Source of the DNA: Stegostoma tigrinum
Lineage: Eukaryota
NCBI RefSeq assembly: GCF_030684315.1
Contig: NC_081358.1
Coordinates: 69,935,817 to 69,999,816 of the forward strand
DNA: 64,000 bases
Reading direction: 5' to 3'
Position numbers and translations under genes: made by a program. The notes under the pieces are model-generated. The model did no database searches, had not been told where the DNA came from, and worked only from the letters and a program-made list of their open reading frames with translations. Every line of letters starts with the position of its first letter. The stretch's first letter is position 1. Shown here one piece after another: positions 39,003 to 52,739 of the stretch.

Positions 39003-39217
39003 GAACAAAAACACAGGTTGTTGGAAATGTTGAGTAGATCTGGCAGCACCTGTGAAGAAAAATCAGTGTTAATATTTCAAGCCCTTCTGAGGAGGGGGTC
39101 ACCTGACCCGAAACGTTAACTCTGATTTTTCTTCATAGATGCTGCTAGACCTGCTCAGCTTTTCCAACAACCTGTGTTTTTCTTCTTGATTTACAGCATC
39201 TGCAATTCTGCAGTTTT
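39003..39217 (+). mobile_element. Palindromic mini-PLE (family B)
   Basis: Arms aaaaacacaggttgttggaaa...tttccaacaacctgtgttttt. Degenerate TSD catcttaaagacat / catcttatcaacat. Confidence 0.8.
39085..39119 (+). ncRNA. Minimal type I hammerhead ribozyme motif (PLE type)
   Basis: tt-CTGAGGA-gg-gggtca-cc-tgaccc-GAAA-CGTT-aa: catalytic boxes intact, stem II, self-complementary ACGT stem III, 2 bp stem I. Activity unknown. Confidence 0.6.
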
Positions 39218-39638
39218 CATCTTATCAACATTGCATGATACATGAAGGACAGGCAATAAATGCTGATCAGCTAGCGACATCCATGCCCCACAAATGCTTC
39301 AAAACAGTTTGCAACATTGTCGCATTCGTGCATCGGGGAGAGTGATAACTTGTTATTTCTTTCTCAGCAATCTACTCCAAAAAGGCCTGGGCATTGAGAT
39401 TCCTAGATGGAAACCGAAGTAAAAAAAAACCTCTATCATTCTACTGATTTTACCTCATGCCATTGTGATTTAATTCCTGAGCTTTCCTAAAAGTGGTGTA
39501 AATTACCAGATGAAGGTCAGTTCAGATTGCCTATGGCTGATATTACACTGCTCCCATATGGCTTAAAAGAGATGATAGTATACAGACTGTGCTAATAATG
39601 CAGCCATAAACAGATCTGGCCAGTAATATGATTCTAGT

Positions 39639-40310
39639 GATAATGGGAACTGCAGATGCTGGAGAATCCAAGATAACAAAGTGGGAGCTGGATGAACACA
39701 GCAGGACAAGCAGCATCTAAGGAGTACAAAGGATGACATTATGGGCCTACACTCTTCATCAGAAAAGGGGGAGGGGGAAAGGGCTCTGAAATAAATAGGG
39801 AGAGAGGGGGAGGCAGATCAAAGATGGATCAAGGAAAAGATAGGTGGAGATGATTCAGACAAGCTAAAGAGGCGGGGATGGAGCCAGTAGAGACGAATGT
39901 AGGTGGGAGGTAGGGAGGGGATCGGTCAGCCCAAGGAGGACGGACAGGTCAAGGGGGCAGGATGAGGTTAGTGGGCAGGAAAAGGGGTGTGCGACTTGAG
40001 ATGGGAGGAGGGGATAGGTGAGAGGAAGAACAGGTTAGGGAGATGGTGACGAGCTGGGCTGGTTTTGGGATGCAGTGGGGGGAGGGGAGATTTTGAAGCT
40101 TGTGAAATCCACATTGATACCATTGGGCTGCAGGGTTCCCAAGCGGAATATGAGTTGCTGTTCCTGCAATCTTCGGGTGGCATCGTTGTGGCACTGCAGG
40201 AGCCCCAGGATGGACATGTCATCTAAGGAATGGGAGGGGGCGTTGAAATGGTTCGTGACTGGGAGGTGCAGTTGTTTATTGCGAACCGAGCGTACGTGTT
40301 CTGCAAAGTA
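39639..40310 (-). mobile_element. Penelope-like element 3' end (family A)
   Basis: ORF 40035-40217 (MSILGLLQCHNDATRRLQEQQLIFRLGTLQPNGIN) is the GIY-YIG C-terminus. Tail at the left end; flanks atgattctagt / atgattttagt. Confidence 0.9.
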
Positions 40311-40685
40311 GATGATTTTAGTTACAGGTTTTCATGTTATATGTCTACCAAAGCTGCTTTGGTGAAACAAAGCATTCTCCTATAGAACTCCTCACTGAGC
40401 AGTCCATAAGATTCTCTGCTAATTACTTCGGAAAGAAAGTATGTTGGTGGGCTCATCCTCCTTAAATGCTGCCTTACTGTTCTGTTCTCCATCTGTCCTG
40501 CTACTCTGCCACAAAATAAAATGAATCACACTTCCAAATATCTTCTAATGTGCAAGGAATCAATTTAAAGCTTCTCCTGGCTGCAGGAATTAAAGTAAAA
40601 TATTTGTCTGTGTATCAGATAAGTGGTATATTACTCATTTATTTTGGGTCTGAGTTATGAATTTTGGTCATTCAAATACGTTGCT

Positions 40686-40687
<2 letters not shown>

Positions 40688-40751
<64 letters not shown>
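40688..40751. repeat. (CA)n microsatellite
   Basis: Directly visible. Confidence 0.98.
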
Positions 40752-40754
<3 letters not shown>

Positions 40755-41889
40755 AAAGAGAGAGAACTGTGGTCTGAACTGAAATGCCACAATGATCATT
40801 TTCCTTCAATGCTTGCAAAATCATACTTTGCTGGTATTTTGTGTTTACATCCCACTTTGAAAAAGGCTAGTGCAATGGGAATTTTCTACTTTAGTGGACT
40901 TATTTTATTTCAACTATGTTATCTAATCATTAGTTACATCGCTTATTGAAGACTTGATTTTTCACAAACAATTCCATGATGCTGTGAACTGAGGATGTAA
41001 TAGGCTTGCTACATTTCCCTCTGTTCCATAATATTTAAATTAAAGCTTTTAGTATATAGCATAGGTATGCAGTTTCAATAATTGCCAGTAAATGCTTCCT
41101 TGTGTAAGACTTGCAGTAACTTAGATGAACTGAAACTGACAAATAAAACCAAAAGAAAAAGTAATGATAATAAATGTGCCATAGAGTAATAAAACTAAAA
41201 CAGTCTTCAGTGCATAGTTATGATTCCCATAACAGCTTTTAGATGCACTGTTTTCATTATAGAGCTCCAGGTGGGCAGACACAGCTCAAAATACTTCCTG
41301 CAAATATTGCTAGGTCTGGTCTAACATTTATGTTACAAATTGTTGATTTTAGAGCTCCTTACTTAGAGTTTTAAATGTGCGTTTGAAGGCCTTGTCAAAT
41401 TAATTTTTTGGAGGAGATATGATAAACGTGTTTTCATTAAGCACTTTATTAACAGAGGGAAATTTTTAGGCAGAGTTGGAGTTTTGCATGGCAGGCATGC
41501 CATTTGTTTTTTGCCTACCTTCTCATTGCACTGTTTTTTATGGAGAGTCACTGTGCCTGAGAAATATTATACTTTCGATTAGAACAGAATGAAGTGTTAA
41601 GTGCTTTGGCCAATTGTATCATTTGCCAATTGAATGGTTCAACAGCTGCCTTTAGAGAGTCTGCAAGACATCACTCAAAACAGCTGTCAAGAAAACGTGC
41701 AATCATTTCTAAGTGGGTGCAGGATGTAGTTCACCCTGCATTGCCCCAATTAACTAAAACCTGCTTCGGCTTCTCTGCAGCTGATTGCACCCTGGGACAG
41801 GGAAACATTCCAGAAGCTGCAGTGACATTTTAAGGTGTCTTCTCCTAGCTCTGGCCCAGCGACAAGATGGCTTACAATGGCCTGGTACA

Positions 41890-42135
41890 GACCTGGTGTT
41901 CTCCCAGCGTGGCGGTCTTATACAGGAATGGTGGTCTCAGCCTGGAGTGACATTCTTGTCCCGGCATGGATGTCTCATCCCATTCTGGATGTCGTCTTCA
42001 GCAGCTTCTGGGTCTCCCAACAGCCCAGCATGGAGGTTTTTTCCCACTGCAGCAGTCTCATCTTGGCATGGAGGTCTCATCCTTGCTTCAGAGATGGTTT
42101 TTGTGGTTTCCAACAGCCCAGTGTGGAGGTCTAAT
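41890..42135 (+). repeat. Degenerate minisatellite-like region
   Basis: Recurrent cc(a/g)gc(a/g)tggaggtctc and ccaacagcccag motifs. Confidence 0.5.
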
Positions 42136-44227
42136 CACAGCAAGCTACCTAGAATTTGTTCCCCCAAAATTCAGTTATCAGTTAGTCATAAATGGAAGAA
42201 TCATTATTGAGTATCATTTCAAAATTTGTTGCTGTAAGACAATCACTCCTTGTGTCATCTGAGAGTCTTGGTGTCATTACATTTCATTGGCACTGTGAAT
42301 GGTGACTTCAGCTAACCTAACATGTGGAAGTCCTCAACTCAAAGATCAAAGGGTTCACATGTCCCTCAACTATGATTGACAACTCAGTAAGTGGATGCCT
42401 CAATTATTCTCTCAGCAAAGTGGGATTTCTTTTTTAGACGCTGAAGAGGAACTCAATAAAGAAATTTAGAAGTTATATTCACATTTACAACACCAATATG
42501 TCTCCAAGTGTTTCACAGCCAATTTATTTGCTTTTGACATCTAGTAACTGTGGATTCTGTGTTCAGCAGAAGGAGTTCTAATGGTTTAAAAATCTGGGTA
42601 TGAAAGGTTTATCTGCATAAGTAGGCTTGCACAAGATTTACTGTTCTGTAGCTTTATTATTTTCCATAACAGAATAGGAAAAACAAAATTAATTCTGTGA
42701 AAACTATAGACCATTCAAATTTTGTGTTTAACATAAGCAAATTAATTGATGATTTGAGGCATGTTACATCACAGTCTACTTTCCACCAAAAAAAATGGGA
42801 AGGTGACATGGCAGCAAATATGATAACAGTTTTTTTTATAATTTTATGTCAATCTTCTGTTAAAGTGGGCAATTTTACAATGAGATAAGCAATGATCGGC
42901 TTCACTCTTTGTCCTCTCTTCCTTCGCCAGACTTCTGCTTGTGGAAGGATATAATTGCCATTTCAATGAATAGTGAACTCTAAAGATTTACCAGCTGTGG
43001 TCATAAAAGAACCAACAGGACAAATTTCTTGCCAAAGAAACAGCTTGGTTTCTATTTTCCTTAAATCGGTGCAAGTGAAATATTGTTTTCTCATACATGC
43101 TTGTATCCATATATTCACCCAGATGCTGTCCAAGGGGATCTTGTTGTAAACTGACTCTTAGGTTATTTATAAGGCAGTGTACAATCAAGTTAGCAAAAAT
43201 ATCTTTGCTTCTGGAAGCAAACATATTTTAAATATGTTTTGTCCGCTGGTTCTTAAGTAATTAACATGCACACTGCCAATCTGAAAGCTTGTCAAATAGG
43301 ATTTGAGGAGCACATGATTGCCTTTTTTTTTCTTTTTCTTCTTTGGGATGTGAGTATTGCTGTGAGTTTGTTATCTATCCCAAATTGCACTTCAGTTGAG
43401 TGGCTTGCCGGGCCATTTCAGAAAACAATCAAGAATCAAACTCATGGCTGTGAGACTTGGAGTTACATGCAAACCAGATAAAGTTAGTTTAGTATCAAAC
43501 ATTTTCTTCCCTAAGGGAGAATTAGTGAACAAGTTTTGTTTTTACAATTGCCAGTAATTTCACAGAGACTTCTACATTGAATGAAATTAATGGGGTGTGA
43601 TTTGAACATGTCTCCCGTGCACTAACATGGACTTTTTGACTACTGGTCCAGTGGTATTACCACTATGCCACCCTCTTTGTTCCTGGTCTTTGTGTGATTG
43701 AAATATTTTGTTATATTAAATTCAAATTTTGTATTTGCTTACTTGTTGAGGTGATTTCCTGGTGTAAAATGATCCCGGTCAATAGATTTCCAGGAATACA
43801 AGGTACAATGCTGACCGTAGCTTGATCCTAATCTGATTCCTGCACTAATTTGGCAACAACCTTGATATGTTTTGATAATTAAGGTTAAAATATATCTTCA
43901 CAGAAAGTTGCTAACTGTCACCTGTCAATATTTGAACATAAAGGAGCAGAATCCTAATGGGATTCTTTTGATGATCTACTTCATTGAAAATTCGAGGAAG
44001 CACTCAAAAATCTGGATTTGACCATTTATAACATTTCTCCAAGTTACCTGCTGACCTTCCCCATTTGAGAATTGGGGGAGCCTGGAATGATGTGATGTGC
44101 TTTGAATATTACTTTTGATATTTTACAAAAGAGGCTTTCTGCATATTTCTTACTAAAGGAAACTACCAACTGGTCATAAAATCAGCTAGTGTGTTACTTG
44201 AAACCAAATAATAAGTTCAAATGCAAG

Positions 44228-44450
44228 GTTCTGGAGTAGATCTGTAACTCGGGTTGAGGATGCTGTGTTTGGCTCACTCGCTGAGCTGATTCGATAGTTC
44301 GCAGATGTTTCCTTACCCTACTGTGTAACATCAGTGCAGCCTCCAATGAAGTGCTGTTGTGTTTTCCCACCTGGTATTTAAACTCTGGAGCCCATTGGAT
44401 TTGATTACCTCATTTCCAGTGGCGTATATATAAAGTCCAGTTCTATGCGG
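44228..44450 (-). mobile_element. Penelope-like element 3' end (family D), degenerate
   Basis: Reverse-complement similarity to 55750-55862 and 61608-61646; degenerate hammerhead gcactgatg...ggaaacatctgc. Confidence 0.65.
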
Positions 44451-44859
44451 CGACTGAACCAACCGCAGCAAGTTCAAATACAATTATAATGTGTCTCCTT
44501 CAGTCTAAAGAGCATTCCTAAAGAGGCAATAATTGGCTATTTTATTTCATCTTCACAACATGATTAGTTTTCTGGATGAGCACATCACTCCCACACAATG
44601 GAATGAACATTGGGTGGATTTCATGATGGATGATAATTTGTTTTCATGTTTAAATCCCACTTGGTTCTTATTTTTTTTGTCATTGTTCCTGGCTAATGTA
44701 AGCCCTAATAGACGGTGGGTCTCATAATGGGTGAGACAGGGGAACAAGGGATTTCTGTCAGAATGATTTTGACACTCCACCGCAGATCTTATTTTCTTCT
44801 GTATGGGCTACCAGTCCGGATACAGTCTGCTGAACAAGTTTTGCTCTCCATCAGGAGTA

Positions 44860-45175
44860 GGTGATACGGTGGCTCAGTGTTTAGCAATGTTGCCTCACAG
44901 TGCCTGGGTCCTGCCTTCGATGCCACCTTTGGGTGACTGTGTGTATCTTGCACATTCTTCCCTTGTCTGTGTGGATTTTTGCCGGCTGCTCTGGGTTCCT
45001 CGCACAGTCCACAGATATGCAAATCAGGTGGATTGGCCTTGCTAAACTGCCCGCAGGAGGTGGCGGGTTACAGGGATAAGGTAAGGGGAATGGGTCTGGG
45101 TGGGATGCTCTTCTGAGGGCTGGTGTGGACTTCTTGGGCTGAATGACCTGTTTCCACCCTGTATGGATTCTATTC
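44860..45175 (+). mobile_element. V-SINE (HE1-like)
   Basis: Head ggtggctcagtg, V-domain and tail ggattctattct. Confidence 0.82.
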
Positions 45176-48100
45176 TGTGAAGACTTACCATGTAGCACAC
45201 CGCATTAGCAGGTAAGTAACCAGCATTAATGAGATCCTCACTCTTGTGGGTGTCTAGATAAAGCGTTCGGATGGTGAGTTGAAGGGGAAGTCTGAATAGA
45301 TTTATTTCAGAAGAATGGACTGAAGGGTAATGGCAGATCTCTGTATTTGTTACTATTTCTAGTGAAGTTCTACAAGGCTCAGTATTTGGTCTTTTTGGTC
45401 TCTTTCCAATGATTTGGACTCAAATATGATGGTTGTGATTAAGAAATTTACAAAGTGCTCTCGGGGTGCAGTAGTATTTCCTCCAACTCTTGACCAGGAG
45501 CCCAGGTTCAAGTCTCACTTGTCCGAGAGGCGTGTAATAATATTTGTGTGTCACAATAATACAGGTTGGTCAGTAAAATTGATTAGATTTTTAAAAAGGA
45601 AATTTGGAAATGACATAAACTTGTCTGCACAATTGATGATGCAGACAAAAATTGCAGAAAAGTATAAATAGATTTTTGTTCATGAGATGTGTCTATCTCA
45701 GGATAGGCCAGCATCTGTTGCCCATCCCTAATTGCCTAGAACACAGTCAAGCATCAACCATATTACTGTGGATCTGTTCTCATGTCTAGGCCAGACCAAT
45801 TAAGAGTGGCTGATTTGCTTCTCTGAAGGACGTTAGTGAACCAGATGGATTTTTGCAATAATTAGCAGTGTTATATGGTCAACGTTTTAACTCCAGATTT
45901 TAATTAAATTCAAAGTTGAACCCATGTCACCAGAACATCAGCTTGGGCCTCTGGTTTAGCATCACAGTGAAAATATCACAAAGCCAGCACCTTCTGTGAA
46001 TATTTGCCAAGGTTTCTAGCAATCTTCTCTGTCTTAAATTTGTTTAACAGAAGGCTTGTGTTTAACCTCATGGGATTTAATTATACTAATGTAATAGTTC
46101 CATCGGATATGTTATAGTCAAACACTAATGAAGTATCTTGGATAAGTTCAAATTTGTCACTTCTAAAAGAATTTAAAGCTGACAAACTGACAATCTGAAC
46201 TGACATAAAACCAAGAAACAAATGCCGAAAATACTCAGCACATCAGACAGTATCTGCGGAGAAAAATAGAGTTAATGTTTCAGGTCAGCTACATTTAATC
46301 AGAACTGAATTGCAACATGTAGCATTATCAGTCTTTACAATCAAAAGTAGTCTCCCTGCCCATGAGCCAGGAGACCTAGGTTCGAGCTCTAGACATTCGT
46401 AATAACATTACTGAACAGGTTGATTAGAAAATTTTAAAATATCTACATAACTGTGGCCTGGGTCCTTTGCTCATTCTGGGCCTTGGATGTGTACATGGCC
46501 AGCAGCAGCAGTGCCTTTCTGGTAGTACTGCTGAGCCAGTTTAAGTAAGTCAGCAACTATTAAGAAGGTTTCTGCCCCTTTGGATCATTCCACGGGAAAG
46601 TCTGCCACTGGCCAGTTAAGTGCCTGATTGGCAGTTCATGTGGCAGTGCTTCTGCAAAAGCAGCAACTTTGGGCTTTTGGAGACTCTCATTCCAAGGCGT
46701 GCAGGACTTGCTTGATTACAGTATAGTCTTTTCCAATCTTTAGTTTCATGAAGTATACTTAGGATTTTCACCCCTCTTGACTGAAATTGGCACAAGAAAC
46801 TCAGAATTTGTACATCTGAATAAAATTCTTGACTTGAGGGACATGTTAACTATTAACTAATGCCAATACAGTGTTTTACTCAGTTGTTTAAAGTTTCCAC
46901 ATTAACAACAAGAATTGTTTTAAAAGTAAGTAAAATTGTTTGAATTTTCATCAATTTAACCTAAAACTCTCCTGAATTTTACAACAAAGAAAACATTGGT
47001 CGCTTTCTTTCTGGATATTCTCATGAGTTTTGACATGTCAACATGTAGCATTATCAGGAATATTTTAGCGTTTGTTTGGAGTGTTAGCAATGTTTCGCAC
47101 TGTGAGACATGTCATTTAAACCAAGTCTGCATTGACAAAAAGCAATCCTTCCTACTGCCTGCCACGCCTTATCATTTTATAATTCCTGTCTTGCTCCATT
47201 CACAAATAATAGGTAAGCATTTGCTGTCAAGATAAATGTCACTCACCATTATTATTTATGTAACTTCAAACCAGCGGCATAGCCTCCCTATCAAATGTCC
47301 AAATACTGTTGGGAGTTGCAACACTACATTGTTAGCTTCTTAAAAATGACAGGCCACAATAACAACAATTATGAATTTGCAGTACACGTGCAGTTATTAA
47401 ATACACAGGATACAAAATTAAGAATTGTTCCTTTTGAGCCAGCTCCTATTAGTGATGTGACCTGTTAATTACTGTCAATCAACTTCACTTTCACAGAAAA
47501 TAGTAGCTCCAAGTGTAATCCTATTGTTTTCTTTAGTTGGCTTTAGGCATTTTAAAGTTGTGAAATTCTAACTTGAATTTTTTAACTTTTCTGTCTTTTA
47601 ATCCAACCTTTTTGTCTTATCTTTGTCTTTCTCAATCTCATTTGATACTGAATTTGTTCACTTGAATTTACTCATCCTTCTCAGCCTTTTGCACCATTAT
47701 TTTCATAAACCTTCAGTGTCATCAGTTAAAGAGAAACATATCAACTTGGTCTGTTCACTTTTGTACCTGATGCCCTTTTTCTCTTAATGCAAAATTATCA
47801 GCCTGAACTTTCAGCAGCTTGCCATAAAAAGTTAGAAATCTAGGTGTTTTAGGCCAGGTCTAATAGAAGATGCTATTGCATGCACTATCAAAGCAAATTA
47901 TGGCCCAATGAACATGTTTCTCTGTGGAATGTTGCTATTGTCATAGGATATTAATGTCATACGGACTCATGAACAGTGCAGAGGGCAGAGTAAATTCCAT
48001 GTTTTCCTGAAATTTTTATATCACACTATCAGTCCTCTCACCAAAAACAATCAGAATTATCATAATCTGCTCCTGTTAAAATTAACAATGATTACAATGT

Positions 48101-49669
48101 TCCTTTATCTGCTAATCCACAGTGATTTAAGACTTAAAAATAATTGTACTCGTCACCTAATAATGGCAAAATTCATTGCATCAAGATTAATGTGCCAAAA
48201 AGAAAGCTGAAGTCAAACTGTATTCTACATTCTTGTCTATGCTTTACTTTGAAACTTGTTCCTATAAATTATCCAGAGAAATATCCTGAGAAAGTTGTAC
48301 CTGCTTCAAATCAAAACAACTTCTGTTACACTTTAGTTTATTTAGATTTTTTTTAGTTGAGTTAATTATTCTCTTTGAATTGCTTTGGTCAAAGGTATGC
48401 AAATAGTATCACAGATCAGCATTTGACATGAACATTAATTATATATGCAGCTCCTAAACTAATGTTTTTGCAGGATAAGATGGTCGGATCCCTAATATTG
48501 TCATGCCTTTTTTTTTAGTACTAAAAATATGAGAATGAAGAGTATTTCCGAACTTGTTAGACTTGAGTGAGCCCATCAACTAATGCCAGTGCGCTGCTAG
48601 TAGTTGTGTGTGGAATCACAAAACTTGCTTGGACTGTCTGCAGTACCAACTGATGTATTGTTGTCATTGGCACAATACTCCCTCTGAGCCATGCGGCCGC
48701 AATCAGTTCCAGAGAACACTTTCTGAAAAATGTTACTTAAGTTTTTGCCTCCGCTAGTGCTGCCAGACCTAAATTTCCCCAGAACTTTATATTTGTTTCA
48801 GATCTCGAGCATCTACAGTATTTGCTTTTACTAATGAATATTTTACTACCCTACATTTGTACCTGCACTAGAAAATGAATACACAAAGCACAGCCGCATA
48901 GGATAGGACTTCATGAAGTACCTCAAGGAGACAGTTCACTATGAACGTGAAATTGAAAAGATAATTAATGACTAACAAGCATGATATTTTTTCTTTGATT
49001 GCTGCTTATTTGATGTTAAATACATCTCTTACCAGTTGTGCTCCAAACAAGTTTGCTTAATCAAGTCAGACCAATAACCATTTCTGCCAATGGTAATTGT
49101 TTCCTATGCTCCACAGTATATCAAAACGATTGTGTAGCATTTAAACTTGGTTTCTATATTAAGAGAAATCTGCATAGAAATTCTATTGCATATAAAACAT
49201 AAATGTTAATGTATGTTTCACAGAAATAAACATAAATATTTCTGTGCCCTGTAACAAATTTCTGTGTTGGTAACTATTGTTTCCCTATTAATAAAGGCAC
49301 TTGAGCAACTAGAGAATTACAGACTACTGAGGACAATAATAGAATTTAAAACATGACTTCCAAATGTCCATTACAAATGCACAAAATATTCTTTCAGATG
49401 CAGCCACCAAATAATAAGTACAACACTTACCATGCATAATTATTCTTGTACTAAACCTCACAGGTGACATATGATTAACTGACTTTGACAGTAAGGCTGT
49501 ATTTGACAGAATGCAGTGGCAAGGAACCTAAAATTGAAGTGAGTGGCATTCTGGGAAAGGAAATAATTGCTACTTCCAATCGTAACTACACAAAGGAAGA
49601 TGGTTGAAGTTATCAAAGGCCAATTATCTCAGCCCTAAGACATCATTGCTAGATTTTTTTCAGTGCAGT

Positions 49670-51820
49670 AGGGGAAGGCAAGGTACATCAATATTAGGCA
49701 GAAACTGGAGAACTTTGATTGGAGGCGACTGTTTGAGTGTAAATATCCATTAAACAGTGTGGGAGCATTTCAAACAGCAGTTGATGAGAATATGTTCCTG
49801 TAAGAATGAATGCCAGGTATAACAATTATGTGAACCTTGGACGACCAAAGGTGTTATGGTCTTCTGTCAAAAAGTAAAAGGAAGCATACGTCAAATCCAG
49901 AAGGAGGGAGCTGACAAAGCCCGTGAAGTAGAAAAGCAAAGTAGGAATGATCTTAAACAAGGAATTAGAAGGGCTAAAAGGGGTCATGAAAAGTTGTTAG
50001 CACATAGAATTGAATTAAGGAGAATCTCAAGGCTTTTTATACATATGTAAAATGCACGTGGTTAGCCAGGGAAAGGGTTGGCCCGTGGAAGTACAAAGGA
50101 GGAGTTCTATGTGTGGTGCCAGAAGAGGTAGGTGAGGCCCTAAATAAAAACAAAAAGTGTTGATATTCGCCAAAGAGAAGGAATAGGTGGAGGATGATCA
50201 CAGGAAAGTGAGTTGTCGAATTTCTAATCCAAGTCCTATTTAAAGGGAAGATGTGCTGTGCATCTTAAAAAAAATTAACGTAGTTAGGTCTGGGGTCCTG
50301 AAGGGATCTATGCCAGAATACTGAGGGAGGCAAGAGAACAAATTGTTGGAGCATTGATTGACATCTTTGTATCCTCTTTGGCAAAGGTGAGGCCCCATAG
50401 GATTGGGAAATAGCCATTGTGGTCCCATTGCTTAAAAAGGATATCAGGGTTAATCCGAGAAATACCAGGCCTGTGAGCATCACATTGGTGGGAGGTAAAT
50501 TGTTGGAAAAGTTTCACAGGAATGAGATTTGTACACATTTAGATGCAAATGTACTTATTAGCAATAGACAGCATGGTTTTGTATGGGGAAGGTTGTGCCT
50601 CACTAACCTAATTCAGTGTTTTCAGGAGTTGATGGCGATGATTGATAAGGGAAATGTGATTGATGTTGTCGATGTGGACTTCGGTAAAGTTGTTGACAAG
50701 GTCCCTCATGGTACTGAAGGTGAAGTCACATCGTATCGGGGTGAGCTGGCAAGATGGATACAGATCTAGCTTAGTCATACGAGACAGAGGGTAGCAGTGG
50801 AAGGATGTGTGTTGGAGTGGAGGATTGTGACTAGTAGTGTTCCACAGAGATCAGTGCTGGGACATCCACTGTTCATAGCCTACATAAATGATTTGGAGGA
50901 AATCATGGTTGGTCTAATTAGTAAGTTTGCAAATGATACAAAGATTGATGGGGTTGCAGATAGTGAGGAGAATTGTCAGAGGATAAAGCAGGATTTAGAT
51001 CAGTTGGAGGCATGGCCAGAAAAATGGCAGATAGAGTTTAATCTGGACAAATGTGAAATGATGCATTTTGGAAGGTCAAACACAGCTGGAAATTATACAG
51101 TGAATGGCAGAACAGTTAGGAGAATTGATATGCAGAGGGATCTGGGTGTACAGGTCCACAGATCACTGAAGAGGGCAGTGCAGGTAGATAAGGTAGTAAA
51201 AAAGGCCAATGGCATGCTTGCCTTCATTAGAAAGGGGCATTGAGTATAAGGATAGGCAAGTTATGCTGCAGCTTTATAGAACTTTAGTTAAGCCACATTT
51301 GGAATATTGAGTCCAGTTCTGGTCACCACACCAACAGAAGATTGTGAATGCTTTGGATAGGGTATAGAAAAGGTTTGCCAAGGATCTTACCTGGTATAAG
51401 CGTCATTAGCTACAAAGAAAGTTTGGATAGATTAGTTTTGTTTTCACTAGAACGCAGGAGGCTGAGAAGGGAACTTGACAGATGTTTATAAGATTGTGAA
51501 TGGCATGGATACAATGGAAAGTAGGAGGAATTTTTCCAGGGTGGAGCGATCAATTACCAGGATACACTGGCTCATCGTGCATTGGGGGATATTTAAAAGA
51601 GATATGTGATGTATTTCTTTCATACAAATGACAGTGAGAACCTGGAATGCACTGCAAGAAGACGTGGTGGAAGTAGAAATAATTGCAGCATTCAAGAAGC
51701 ACCTGGACGAATGCATGAATAGAGGAATATAAATCCTATAAGTAAAAACAGTTTGGTATGGAAGAGCAACATGTGTCACAGCAGACTTGGATGGCAATGT
51801 TGCTCTTTGGTCTTTGTTCT
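49670..51820 (+). mobile_element. CR1 LINE ORF2, degenerate
   Basis: ORFs 50419-50769 (LCLTNLI, DFGKVVDKVPHG) and 50797-51243 (VPQRSVLG, KFANDTKI). Confidence 0.92.
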
Positions 51821-52389
51821 TGAGTTACCACCGACCATAAACTGAACTAGACCAGCCCCATAAATACTGTGGCTGGACTAGCAGTCAGAGGTATGGAATT
51901 CCACAGCAAATAACTTATCCCTTGATGTCTCAAGGATTGTTCACTTTCCATTCAGTAGACTGGACATGAACTGCATTAGAAATAGGAGCAGATTTAGGCC
52001 ATTCAGCCCTTCAAGCCTGCTCCACCATTCAATAATGGACTGCAGAATTTTAGGGATGGGCAAAAAGTGACAGTCTTACCAGGCATGATCACATCCTTCA
52101 AATGAATGAAAAAAAAACTTCAGTAATTAAATTTATAGTAAAGGCAGTGTTTTTCTTCATCATAAATTGTCTCAAACAGAGCAGGCAAACAAACCTAGAA
52201 TGAACTTTAATGACCATGAAGCTAGTAAAGTCCAGAGCTCATTCTATTTATTTCAATCAAATTTCCTCTTATTCTACCATAAATTATTAGGGGAAAATAT
52301 TTCACTTAGTGCTGACCAGTAATGATTCTCTGGTACAGACATTGTCCTGTCCAGGCAATGAACTATGTGGCATGCATAGAGTCCTTCGG

Positions 52390-52598
52390 AGGGTTTCCTC
52401 CAGGTGCTCCGGTTTCCTCCCACAGTCCAAAGATGTGCAGGCTAGGTGGATTGGCCATGCTAAATTGCCCATAGTGTTCCGGGATGTGTAGATTAGTGGG
52501 GGTTTTAGGGAGAACGGTCTGGGTGGGATGCTCCGAAGGTTGGTGTGGACCAGTTGGACTGAAGGGCCTATTTCCACACTATAGGGATTCTATGATTC
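52390..52598 (+). mobile_element. 5'-truncated V-SINE
   Basis: V-domain and tail only; duplicated at 59610-59818. Confidence 0.85.
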
Positions 52599-52739
52599 TT
52601 TGATGATTATGATCCATGGTGCTGTCGGGTCCCAGGGAATCAACAAATAATGCAAGAAGCAGTGCAACCCAAACATATGTTTTATTTATTCTGATAAAGC
52701 TGACAACTAGCATTTAGTTCCATTCTTATCAATCTAATA

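Noticed and set aside
46990-49300. Repeat-poor AT-rich stretch as a conserved enhancer (similarly 23300-23900 and 42700-43300)
   Set aside because: Plausible, but cannot be supported without cross-species alignment.
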